Origin: a virus | Taxonomy: Duplodnaviria > Caudoviricetes | Length of the DNA: 64,000 nucleotides | Strand: one strand, 5' to 3' | Virus record (IMG/VR): IMGVR_UViG_3300038393_003183 | Coordinates: 4,656-68,655 of that record | Part shown: piece after piece, positions 7,634-15,537 of the stretch | How positions within the stretch are numbered: the stretch's first letter is position 1 | Layout: the number at the start of each line of letters is the position of its first letter | Program-made: the position numbers and the translations under genes | The notes under the pieces: generated by a model | The model's database searches: none | The model's input: the letters and a program-made list of their open reading frames with translations, nothing else | What the model was told of the DNA's origin: nothing

Positions 7634-9951
7634 GCGGGCTGACCTTCGGCAGCGTGTGCAGCGGCATCGAGGCCGCCAGCGTGGCGTGGCACCCGCTGGG
7701 GTGGCGCGCGGCGTGGCTGGCCGAGATCGAGCCATTCCCGTCGGCGGTGCTGGCGCACCACTACCCCGACGTGCCCAATCTGGGCGACATGACCAGGATC
7801 GCCGCCATGGTGCGCGCCGGGGAGGTCGCCGCGCCCGACGTGCTGGTGGGCGGCACCCCGTGCCAAGCCTTCTCTGTTGCCGGCCTGCGCCGCTCGCTTG
7901 ATGACGCGCGCGGCCAGCTTTCCCTCGCTTTCGTGGACCTCGCCAATGCCATCGATGCAGCTCGATCTGTTCGCGGTGAACCCGCCGCCATCATCGTCTG
8001 GGAGAACGTCCCAGGAGTTCTTACTACAGCCGACAATGCGTTCGGCTGCTTCCTTGCTGGCCTTGCCGGAGAAGACGAGGCACTTGTCCCGCCAGGGAAA
8101 AAATGGGCGAACGCTGGTTGTGTGTATGGACCCCAGAGAACAGTCGCATGGCGGATCACGGACGCCCAATTCTTCGGAGTGGCCCAACGGCGCCGCCGTG
8201 TGTTCGTTGTCGCAAGTGCTAGAGAGGACTTCGATCCCGGCGAGGTACTTCTTGAGTTCGACGGCGTGCGCCGGGATACTGCGCCGAGCCGACAAGCGGG
8301 CCAAGACCCTGCCGCCGGCCCTGCGCATGGCGCTCGAATCGGTAGCCATTGGGATGGCGAGTTCCCCCACCCGACACTGAACCAGTCCACCACCGGCGCG
8401 AGCGGCATCGGCATGTCCAATCAGGCGCTGTTCAGCCAGCGCGGCGCGTACCTGGTCGATCCCGCGCTGGCCGACCGCTGGCCCGCCGACCTCGCCTCGA
8501 CCCTGAACGCGTCGTTCGGCTCCAAGCTCGGGCTGGAGGACCAGCACATCCGCAGCGGCGCGCCGCTGTTCGTGCTGGGCACCCCGCCCGTGGCGGGCAC
8601 GCTCGACACGCAGTGCGGTGGCCAGAAGCTGACCCACCAGACGATCCTCAACGGCCATGTCATCGGCACCATCACGGCGCGCATGTTCAACGCGCTCGGC
8701 GCGCGCGACGTGGAGGAGGGTGCGCTGCTGGCCTGCGTCACGCAGGGTGGCGGCTTCGGCCAGTTCAGGGAAGCGGAAGTCAGCAGCACGCTGCGTGCCG
8801 ACGGCGGCGATCAGGGCGGCGGCAGCGAGTCGCTGGCAGCCTACGCGTTCCAGCCGCGCATCGCGCGCAACGGCCGCGGCGACATGGGCGATCTGGTCAA
8901 CGCCCTGACGGCGCAGGCCGGGGAGACGGGCAAGGGCGATGCCGCGCCGTGCGTGGCCTACGCGATCCAGGCGGGCGCTACCCGCGTCAACCCGGCAAGC
9001 GGCCCCGACGGCGTGGGCGTGCAGGAAGCCATCGCCTACACGCTAGAGGCCCGTGCCGAGGTGCAGGCGGTCGCGTTTTCCTGCAAGGACAGCGGCGCCG
9101 ACGCCTCGGTCGAACTGGCCCCGACGCTGCGCGCCATGGGCTACAGCGGCAGCCACGCCAACGGCGGTGGCCAAATGGCCGTGTGCGTCACGGGCGAGAT
9201 CACCCACACGCTCAAGGCCGACGGCTTCGACGCCAGCGAGGACGGCACGGGCCGCGGCCAGCCGATCGTGGCGGCGTTTGCGGAGAACAGCCGCGCCGAG
9301 CTGCGGCTGGAAGGCGGCGACGGCTCGCGCACGGGGGCGCTCAGCACGGGCGGCGGCAAGCCGGGGCAGGGCGTGCCGATGGTGTTCACGGGCGACGGCA
9401 TCGTGGCCGACCCGCTCAGCGCCAACGAGGCCAAGACCTACACCCATGAGGGTTCGACGTTCCGGCTGCACAACTGCATCGGGCAGCCCGTCACCGCGAC
9501 CAGCTCGGGGCGCGGCTGGTGGTCGCAGTCCGAGGTCGGTGCCACGCTGCGCGCCCAGGACAGCCCGATCAAGGCCGACACGCTGGCGGCGACCAGCATG
9601 GCGGTGCGGCGCCTGACGCCGCGGGAGTGCGAGCGGCTTCAAGCATTCCCTGACGACTATACGCTGATCCCGTGGACCGAATACCAGCGCATGCAGAAGC
9701 GCGCGGCCAAGCACGGCACGTCGTTCGAGGAGGAGCTGCGCAAGCATGGCAAGCCCCTGCGCGGCACGGCCACGCCGGCCGAATGCCCGGACGGCCCGCG
9801 CTACAAGGCGCTCGGCAACTCCATGTGCGTCAACAACATGCGCTGGATCGGCCAGCGAATAATGCTGGGCCTGTCAAGGCCGCAGCCGATCCCCGACAGC
9901 CCGCCGCGAGCGGGCTTTTTTACGCCCGCCGAGGAGGTTGTGACCGCATGA
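7630..9951 (+). CDS. DNA cytosine-C5 methyltransferase with greatly expanded variable region
   Basis: GTG start coupled to the upstream stop. Motif I SVCSGIEA, IV GGTPCQAFS, VI WENVPG, VIII QRRRRVF, IX RRLTPRECERLQAFP, X YKALGNS. Confidence 0.93.
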   Translation: MSGLTFGSVCSGIEAASVAWHPLGWRAAWLAEIEPFPSAVLAHHYPDVPNLGDMTRIAAMVRAGEVAAPDVLVGGTPCQAFSVAGLRRSLDDARGQLSLAFVDLANAIDAARSVRGEPAAIIVWENVPGVLTTADNAFGCFLAGLAGEDEALVPPGKKWANAGCVYGPQRTVAWRITDAQFFGVAQRRRRVFVVASAREDFDPGEVLLEFDGVRRDTAPSRQAGQDPAAGPAHGARIGSHWDGEFPHPTLNQSTTGASGIGMSNQALFSQRGAYLVDPALADRWPADLASTLNASFGSKLGLEDQHIRSGAPLFVLGTPPVAGTLDTQCGGQKLTHQTILNGHVIGTITARMFNALGARDVEEGALLACVTQGGGFGQFREAEVSSTLRADGGDQGGGSESLAAYAFQPRIARNGRGDMGDLVNALTAQAGETGKGDAAPCVAYAIQAGATRVNPASGPDGVGVQEAIAYTLEARAEVQAVAFSCKDSGADASVELAPTLRAMGYSGSHANGGGQMAVCVTGEITHTLKADGFDASEDGTGRGQPIVAAFAENSRAELRLEGGDGSRTGALSTGGGKPGQGVPMVFTGDGIVADPLSANEAKTYTHEGSTFRLHNCIGQPVTATSSGRGWWSQSEVGATLRAQDSPIKADTLAATSMAVRRLTPRECERLQAFPDDYTLIPWTEYQRMQKRAAKHGTSFEEELRKHGKPLRGTATPAECPDGPRYKALGNSMCVNNMRWIGQRIMLGLSRPQPIPDSPPRAGFFTPAEEVVTA
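7946..8380 (+). CDS. Nested +1-frame gene: putative accessory (beta-type) polypeptide of the C5 methyltransferase
   Basis: Open +1 frame wholly inside the MTase gene, encoding EWPNGAAVCSLSQVLE...YFLSSTACAGILRRADKRAKTLPPALRMAL. Main-frame codon bias is visibly degraded over this interval. Start is 7946 or 7955. Confidence 0.65.
   Translation: MPSMQLDLFAVNPPPSSSGRTSQEFLLQPTMRSAASLLALPEKTRHLSRQGKNGRTLVVCMDPREQSHGGSRTPNSSEWPNGAAVCSLSQVLERTSIPARYFLSSTACAGILRRADKRAKTLPPALRMALESVAIGMASSPTRH
9898..9921 (+). terminator. Intrinsic terminator-like hairpin inside the 3' end of the C5 MTase gene
   Basis: AGCCCGC-cgcga-GCGGGCT followed by TTTTT. Confidence 0.6.
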
Positions 9952-11201
9952 GCGGCACGATCCTGTTTGGCGACTGCCGCGCCAGCCTGCACCAGATGGC
10001 GGCTGCCGGCGTCAAGGTGCAGATGTGCGTCACCAGCCCGCCGTACTACGGATTGCGCGACTACGGCCACGACGGGCAGATCGGCCTCGAGGAGACGCCC
10101 GAGCAGTACATCGCCCATCTGGTCGAGGTGTTCCGCGCCGTGCGCGAGGTGCTGGCCGACGACGGCACGCTGTGGGTCAACATCGGGGACAGCTACGCGC
10201 AGGCGGGCGGACGCGGCGAGCAGGGGGCCACCAGCGCGCGCCGGGGCCGCAGCAACGTGGCGGCGCAGGAAAAGCGCCAGAGCATGAAGCCGCCCATGGG
10301 CTGCAAGCCGAAGGACCTGATCGGCATCCCGTGGATGCTGGCGTTCGCGCTGCGCGCCGACGGCTGGCACCTGCGCCAGGACATCATCTGGCACAAGCCC
10401 AACCCGATGCCCGAGAGCGTCACCGACCGCTGCACCAAGGCCCACGAATACCTGTTCCTGCTGTCGAAAGGCCCGCGCTACTTCTACGACCATGAGGCGG
10501 TCAAGGAGGAGGCGGTCGGCAACCCGTCGGGCAACAAGGAACGCCGCGCCCGCCCTGACGCCGAGGCGCTGCGCGAGCTGGGATTCCAGCGCGGCGCGCA
10601 GGCGGGATACATCCCATGGCTGGGCGACGAGAAGCGCAATCGGCGCTCGGTCTGGAAGATCGCCACCAAGCCGTACGCCGGCGCGCACTTCGCGGTGTTC
10701 CCGCGCGAACTGGTCGAGCCGTGCATCGAGGCGGGCACCAGCGAGCGGGGCCACTGCCCGCAGTGCGGCGCGCGCTGGACCCGCGTGGTACGCACCCAGC
10801 GCACGCTGCAAGGCGGCAGCGCGCGCGCCGGGCGCTCGCTGGATGAGATCAACGCCAGCGGCAAGCACCTGAACGGAGGCAGCAGCGGCAACCGCACCCT
10901 CAAGGGCGGGCCGGTACTGGCCAGCACGACGCTGGGCTGGCAGCCCGGCTGCGCCTGCGGCACCGAGCCGGTGCCCGATGTGGTGCTGGACCCGTTCATG
11001 GGCAGCGGCACCACCGCCGAGGCGGCAATCCTGCTCGGGCGCGGATACGCCGGCTGCGAACTGAACGAGAACTACAAGGCGCTACAGGACGCGCGCATCG
11101 CCGCCGCCCGCACCGCCGTGGCCACGCCGCCGCTGCTGGAGGACATCGACGTGCGCCAGATGACGATCTTCGACACCGCAACCAGTGAGGAATGCCCATG
11201 A
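9948..11201 (+). CDS. Beta-class amino-methyltransferase (SPPY, N4-cytosine type) with Cys-rich insert
   Basis: TSPPYY catalytic motif precedes DPFMGSGTT (SAM binding); IIWHKPNPMPE; insert HCPQC...CAC. Confidence 0.9.
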   Translation: MSGTILFGDCRASLHQMAAAGVKVQMCVTSPPYYGLRDYGHDGQIGLEETPEQYIAHLVEVFRAVREVLADDGTLWVNIGDSYAQAGGRGEQGATSARRGRSNVAAQEKRQSMKPPMGCKPKDLIGIPWMLAFALRADGWHLRQDIIWHKPNPMPESVTDRCTKAHEYLFLLSKGPRYFYDHEAVKEEAVGNPSGNKERRARPDAEALRELGFQRGAQAGYIPWLGDEKRNRRSVWKIATKPYAGAHFAVFPRELVEPCIEAGTSERGHCPQCGARWTRVVRTQRTLQGGSARAGRSLDEINASGKHLNGGSSGNRTLKGGPVLASTTLGWQPGCACGTEPVPDVVLDPFMGSGTTAEAAILLGRGYAGCELNENYKALQDARIAAARTAVATPPLLEDIDVRQMTIFDTATSEECP

Positions 11202-11611
11202 CGCAGTTGACGATCCCGATGCACGAAGGCCGCCGCCACCGTATCCACCTCAAGCAGGAGCAGCATGACCAGGTGCGCACGCAGTTGGGCGAGTGGGTCG
11301 GCCATGGTAGCCGCCTGTGGCCTGACAGCGTGATGGCGCGCGTGATCGGGCGGGCGCTGCCGTTTGCCGTCACGCCCAGCCACGTCAAGGTGGCGCGCGT
11401 GCGTCTGGGGCTGCTGATCCCGCGCGGTGCGCCGTCGGCACAGGACCACGCCACACTTAGCGCGGCGCTGGGCGAGGCACCAGCGGCAAAACCCGACCCG
11501 ATGGCAGAAGCGGCCGAGCTATTGGAGGAGTGGGAAGCCGAGAAGGTGGCGCTGGCCGCACGCTACCTGCCGCGCATCCAGCATCTGCTCGGACGCCGTC
11601 CCAGCGCATGA
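11198..11611 (+). CDS. Hypothetical protein
   Basis: ATGA-coupled on both sides; 137 aa. Confidence 0.6.
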   Translation: MTQLTIPMHEGRRHRIHLKQEQHDQVRTQLGEWVGHGSRLWPDSVMARVIGRALPFAVTPSHVKVARVRLGLLIPRGAPSAQDHATLSAALGEAPAAKPDPMAEAAELLEEWEAEKVALAARYLPRIQHLLGRRPSA

Positions 11612-11727
11612 CGCACAGCGACACCGACCTGCTGAAATTCTGGCTGCTGGTGGTCGCCATGCACGCGTTCAGGCTCGGCATCTGCTTCTGGGAAGTGCGG
11701 CGCAAGGGGAACGACGATGAGTCCTGA
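11608..11727 (+). CDS. Small membrane peptide (39 aa)
   Basis: MTHSDTDLLKFWLLVVAMHAFRLGICFWEVRRKGNDDES; coupled to both neighbours. Confidence 0.45.
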   Translation: MTHSDTDLLKFWLLVVAMHAFRLGICFWEVRRKGNDDES

Positions 11728-12925
11728 GCCGTTCACCTTGCACCTGGGCGACTGCGTCGAGGTGATGCGCGCCATGCCCGAGAACAGCATCGACGCCATC
11801 GTGACCGACCCCCCGTATGAGCTGGGGTTCATGGGCAAGGGCTGGGACGCCAGCGGCATCGCCTACAGCGTGGCCATGTGGCGCGAGGCGCTGCGCGTGC
11901 TCAAGCCGGGCGGGCACCTGCTGGCGTTCGGCGGCAGCCGCACCTACCACCGCATGGCGTGCGCGGTCGAGGATGCGGGCTTCGAGATCCGCGACCAGAT
12001 CATGTGGGTGTACGGCGACGGCATGCCCAAGTCGCGCAACATCGCCAAATACGACCTCAAGGCGCAGGCCGCGCAGGCGTGGGCAGGCTTTGGCACGGCG
12101 CTGAAACCGGCCCACGAACCGATCGTCATGGCGCGCAAGCCGCTGGCCGGGACGGTGGCGCAGAACGTGCTGGCATGGGGCACCGGGGTGCTGGACATTG
12201 ACGGCTGCCGGGTGCCGGTGGATGACGCCAGCTACGCCCGCAACTGCTCGGGCGACCGCGGCCATGGCGGCACGCGCAGCGCCGCACAGGAGGGCGCGAC
12301 CGACCTGCACACGGGCGGCGGCAGCGCCGCAGCCGGGCGCTGGCCCGCGAACCTGATCCACGACGGCAGCGCCGAGGTGGTGGCGCTGTTCCCGGCGCAG
12401 GCCGGCGCGGTCGCCCCAGTTCACACCCGACGCGCCGACAAGTTCCGCACCGCCTACGGCGCGTTCGCCGGCAACGTGGACGAGCAGGGCAGCACGTTCC
12501 AGGGCGACAGCGGCAGCGCAGCGCGCTTCTTCTACTGCCCCAAGGCGACCCGCAGGGACCGCAACGAGGGCTGCGAGCACATGGAGAAAAAGCCGCTGCT
12601 GTGGTCTTCCGGCACCAAGAACCCCGGCTCGTTTCAGGCCGAGGGCACCGACAAGAGCAGCCAGAACTTCCACCCGACCGTCAAGCCGACCGACCTGTGC
12701 GCCTATCTAGTGCGGCTGGTGGCGCGCCGGGGCGCGGTGGTCTACGACCCGTTCATGGGTTCCGGCTCGACCGGCAAGGCGTGCATGCGCGAGGGCGTGC
12801 GCTTCGTCGGCTCGGAGCTTGCGCCCGAATACATGGCCATCGCGCAGGCCCGCATCGCGCGCGAGTATGCGCGCATCGGCGCGCTAGAGCCAGCGCCCGT
12901 GCCGCAGCTCGACCTGTTCGCCTGA
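11717..12925 (+). CDS. Beta-class amino-methyltransferase (DPPY, N6-adenine type)
   Basis: VTDPPY, HPTVKP and DPFMGSGST motifs. Confidence 0.9.
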   Translation: MSPEPFTLHLGDCVEVMRAMPENSIDAIVTDPPYELGFMGKGWDASGIAYSVAMWREALRVLKPGGHLLAFGGSRTYHRMACAVEDAGFEIRDQIMWVYGDGMPKSRNIAKYDLKAQAAQAWAGFGTALKPAHEPIVMARKPLAGTVAQNVLAWGTGVLDIDGCRVPVDDASYARNCSGDRGHGGTRSAAQEGATDLHTGGGSAAAGRWPANLIHDGSAEVVALFPAQAGAVAPVHTRRADKFRTAYGAFAGNVDEQGSTFQGDSGSAARFFYCPKATRRDRNEGCEHMEKKPLLWSSGTKNPGSFQAEGTDKSSQNFHPTVKPTDLCAYLVRLVARRGAVVYDPFMGSGSTGKACMREGVRFVGSELAPEYMAIAQARIAREYARIGALEPAPVPQLDLFA

Positions 12926-12997
12926 CACGTTTCCCGCAACCGACCCGCTGAACGCGGGTTCACCACTACCCCGCGTTTCGACAAAAGGAGCAACCCC

Positions 12998-13960
12998 ATG
13001 CGCATGACCAAAGAAGACAAGGACAAGAACGAGGCCGATTACGCCGACCAGTTCAACCAGCCCGAGGCCGAGCCGCGCCAGATGAGCGACGAGGAAGCCT
13101 TCGGCCTGACGCCAGAGACCAACCCCGCTGACGAAGCGGCCAGCGAAGCGCCGGCTGCAACAGCCGAGTCGCCAGCCGAGGAAGCCGCCGAGCCGGCTGC
13201 CGAGGAAGCCGCCGAAACCCCGGCCGAGGAGGCCGCCGAGCCGCCCGCCGAGGAAGCCGCCGAGCAGGCGGCCGGCACCGAGCAGCCCAGCGCCGAGGAA
13301 AGCGCGCCCAGCGCAGCCGATCAGGAGCAGCGCCTGCGTTCCTGGGAGGGGCGTTTGAAGGCGCGCCAGGCTGAACTGGATGCGCGCGAAGCGGCCATGT
13401 CCAACTCCAGCGTCAACGACGAACAGAGCAGCACCCCGGCCGGGGAAGGCGGCGAGGGCGGCGAAGCCAGCGCAGCCGCAGAAGGTGGCAGCGAGGGCGA
13501 CCCGGCGCAGGTGCTGGCCGAGGACTTCGGCAGCGACTTCGTCCAGCAGCTCACCAAGCTGATCCAGAAGGTGGCGGGCGAGGGCTACAACGACATCAAC
13601 TACAAGGTCGGCTGCATCCTGAACGACTTGCAGAACGAGCGCCTGCAAAACCATTTCAGCGCGATCGCCGCCGCCCACAAGGATTTCATGGACGTGGTCG
13701 AGTCGCCCGAGTTTGAGGCGTGGAAGGCGGCCCAGCCCAACCAGGACCAGATCGCGCAGGTGATCGAGCGCGGTTCGGCCCAGCAGATCATCGACATGCT
13801 GAGCGCCTTCAAGGACTCGCGCAAGGCGCAGGAGGGCTACGGCAGCGACCACGATGCCGCGCTTGATGCCGCCGAGGGCGTGCGCAGCGGCGCCGCCATC
13901 ACGCTGCCCAAGGAACCGGCCCCGGACGACGAGTTCGCCAAGGCGTGGAACGAGGCATGA
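12998..13960 (+). CDS. Capsid scaffolding protein
   Basis: Very acidic, helical, SWEGRL coiled coil, AAGGAG RBS, upstream of the major capsid gene. Confidence 0.75.
   Translation: MRMTKEDKDKNEADYADQFNQPEAEPRQMSDEEAFGLTPETNPADEAASEAPAATAESPAEEAAEPAAEEAAETPAEEAAEPPAEEAAEQAAGTEQPSAEESAPSAADQEQRLRSWEGRLKARQAELDAREAAMSNSSVNDEQSSTPAGEGGEGGEASAAAEGGSEGDPAQVLAEDFGSDFVQQLTKLIQKVAGEGYNDINYKVGCILNDLQNERLQNHFSAIAAAHKDFMDVVESPEFEAWKAAQPNQDQIAQVIERGSAQQIIDMLSAFKDSRKAQEGYGSDHDAALDAAEGVRSGAAITLPKEPAPDDEFAKAWNEA
13175..13270 (+). repeat. 4 x 24-bp coding tandem repeat (AEEAAEPA) in the scaffold
   Basis: Units begin GCCGAGGA(A/G)GCCGCCGA at 13175, 13199, 13223 and 13247. Confidence 0.9.
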
Positions 13961-14181
13961 GCGCCATCATCCACGATTTCAGCGGCATTACCCGGCTCGA
14001 CCTCGATCCCGACCGCGTGCTGGAGCAGGCCAAGGGCCAGCTCGGCGGCGTGGTGGTGCTCGGCTTCGACCACGACGGCCAGTTCTACGGCGCGAGCAGC
14101 TACGCCGACGGCGGCGCCGTGATGTGGCTGCTGGAGGCGTGCAAGCACCAGCTGCTCCAGAGCGGCGCGACCTGCCGCTGA
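13957..14181 (+). CDS. Conserved small phage hypothetical protein
   Basis: ATGA-coupled to the scaffold; 74 aa; GFDHDGQFYGASS...WLLEACK. Confidence 0.65.
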   Translation: MSAIIHDFSGITRLDLDPDRVLEQAKGQLGGVVVLGFDHDGQFYGASSYADGGAVMWLLEACKHQLLQSGATCR

Positions 14182-14208
14182 AACCGCACACCCATTCGCA
14201 AACACGAT

Positions 14209-14376
14209 CAGGGCGCTGATCTTAGCCGGGCCCGCCCCGGCAAGCGCCTGCATTTCCGTGGTTTTTCCCGCTGCTGTTCGCGCCTGAACAGACCCCAAGC
14301 CAACCCACCGCCGGACGAGACGGCACCGCGCGCGATACGCCAAGAGGCGCCGCGCCGCTGTGCCGTGCCGTCCGGC
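14209..14376 (+). ncRNA. Candidate structured leader RNA upstream of the major capsid gene
   Basis: Nested stems: 14209-17/14243-50 with 14225-30/14236-41; 14274-79/14286-91; 14310-17/14369-76 with 14320-26/14360-66. They lie in a 300-bp non-coding gap. Confidence 0.4.
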
Positions 14377-14482
14377 AGGAGTTGATAGCACGCATCGAAG
14401 GACAGGCATGGCCCCCTGCGAGCGTTCGCTAAATCGCTGACCCCAACCCCATCGATTTTTCGTTCACTCAAGGAATAGACAA

Positions 14483-15484
14483 ATGTCCCAAACCAACTAC
14501 GGCGACATCAGCCCGCGTACTGCCGCGTATGCAGAAAAGGAGCTGCTCAAGCGTGCCCAACCCTTCCTGGTGCTGGAGAAGTTCGGCCAGTCGAAGGCGC
14601 TGCCCGCCAATAACAGCAAGACCATCGTGTTCCGCCGCTACAACGCGCTGGACAACACCCCGACCGCACTGGCCGAAGGCGTCACGCCAGGTGCCCAGCA
14701 GATGAGCGCGACCGACGTGCCGTGCATGCTGACCCAGTACGGCTCGCGCATCCAGATCAGCGACATCGTCCTCGACACCCACGAGGACAACGTGCTGAAC
14801 GAGGCGATCGAGCTGCTGGGCGAGCAGGCCGCGCAGATGATCGAGAAAATGCGTTACGGCATCCTGCGCGCCGGCACCAACGTGGTGTACGCCAACGGCG
14901 CCAGCCGCGGCGCGGTCAACACCGCACTGACCCTGTCGGTGCAGCGCAAGGTGACGAAGGCGCTCAAGCGCCAGAACGCCGAACAGATCACCAAGGTGAT
15001 CCGCTCGACCCCGGCCTACGGCACCGAAGCCGTGCCGAAGTCGTTCATCGGCCTGATCCACCCGGACCTTGAGACCGACATCCGCAACATGCTGGGCGCG
15101 GACGGCAAGAGCGTGTTCGTGCCGGTCGAGAAGTACGGCTCGCTGGTGCCGTACGAGAACGAGATCGGCAAGGTGGACGACGTGCGCTACCTGAGCTCGA
15201 CCATCTTCGAGCCGTTCCTCGACGCCGGCGGCGCCAAGGGCGCGATGACCTCGACCAGCGGCACCAACGCCGACGTGTACCCGGTGCTGTATCTGGCCGC
15301 GAACGCCTACGGCATCGTGGCGCTCAAGGGCATGTTCGCGCTGACCCCGATGGTGGTCAACCCGAAGCCGAGCGATTCCGACCCGCTGGGCCAGCGCGGT
15401 CACGTCGGCTGGAAGGCCATGCAGTCGGCGGTCATCCTGAACGACGCCTGGATGTGCCGCGCCGAGGTGGCCGTCACCGCCTGA
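14483..15484 (+). CDS. Major capsid protein (N4-gp56 family, HK97 fold)
   Basis: TIVFRRY, L.EGVTP, QYG, EIGKVDDVRY and DPLGQRGHVGWK signatures; 333 aa. Confidence 0.93.
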   Translation: MSQTNYGDISPRTAAYAEKELLKRAQPFLVLEKFGQSKALPANNSKTIVFRRYNALDNTPTALAEGVTPGAQQMSATDVPCMLTQYGSRIQISDIVLDTHEDNVLNEAIELLGEQAAQMIEKMRYGILRAGTNVVYANGASRGAVNTALTLSVQRKVTKALKRQNAEQITKVIRSTPAYGTEAVPKSFIGLIHPDLETDIRNMLGADGKSVFVPVEKYGSLVPYENEIGKVDDVRYLSSTIFEPFLDAGGAKGAMTSTSGTNADVYPVLYLAANAYGIVALKGMFALTPMVVNPKPSDSDPLGQRGHVGWKAMQSAVILNDAWMCRAEVAVTA

Positions 15485-15490
15485 TCCACC

Positions 15491-15510
15491 GCCCCCGCGC
15501 AAGCGGGGGC
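15491..15510 (+). other. GC-rich GNRA hairpin after the capsid gene (no U-tract; mRNA-stabilising candidate)
   Basis: GCCCCCGC-gcaa-GCGGGGGC. Confidence 0.55.
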
Positions 15511-15537
15511 GTTCCCCCATTCTGAAAGGAGCATTAC

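Noticed and set aside
7630-12925. Restriction-modification system
   Set aside because: No restriction endonuclease is recognisable near the MTases, so they are treated as orphan phage enzymes.
13175-13270. 24-bp tandem repeats as a possible CRISPR array
   Set aside because: There are no spacers; this is an in-frame coding repeat in the scaffold, and no cas genes are present.
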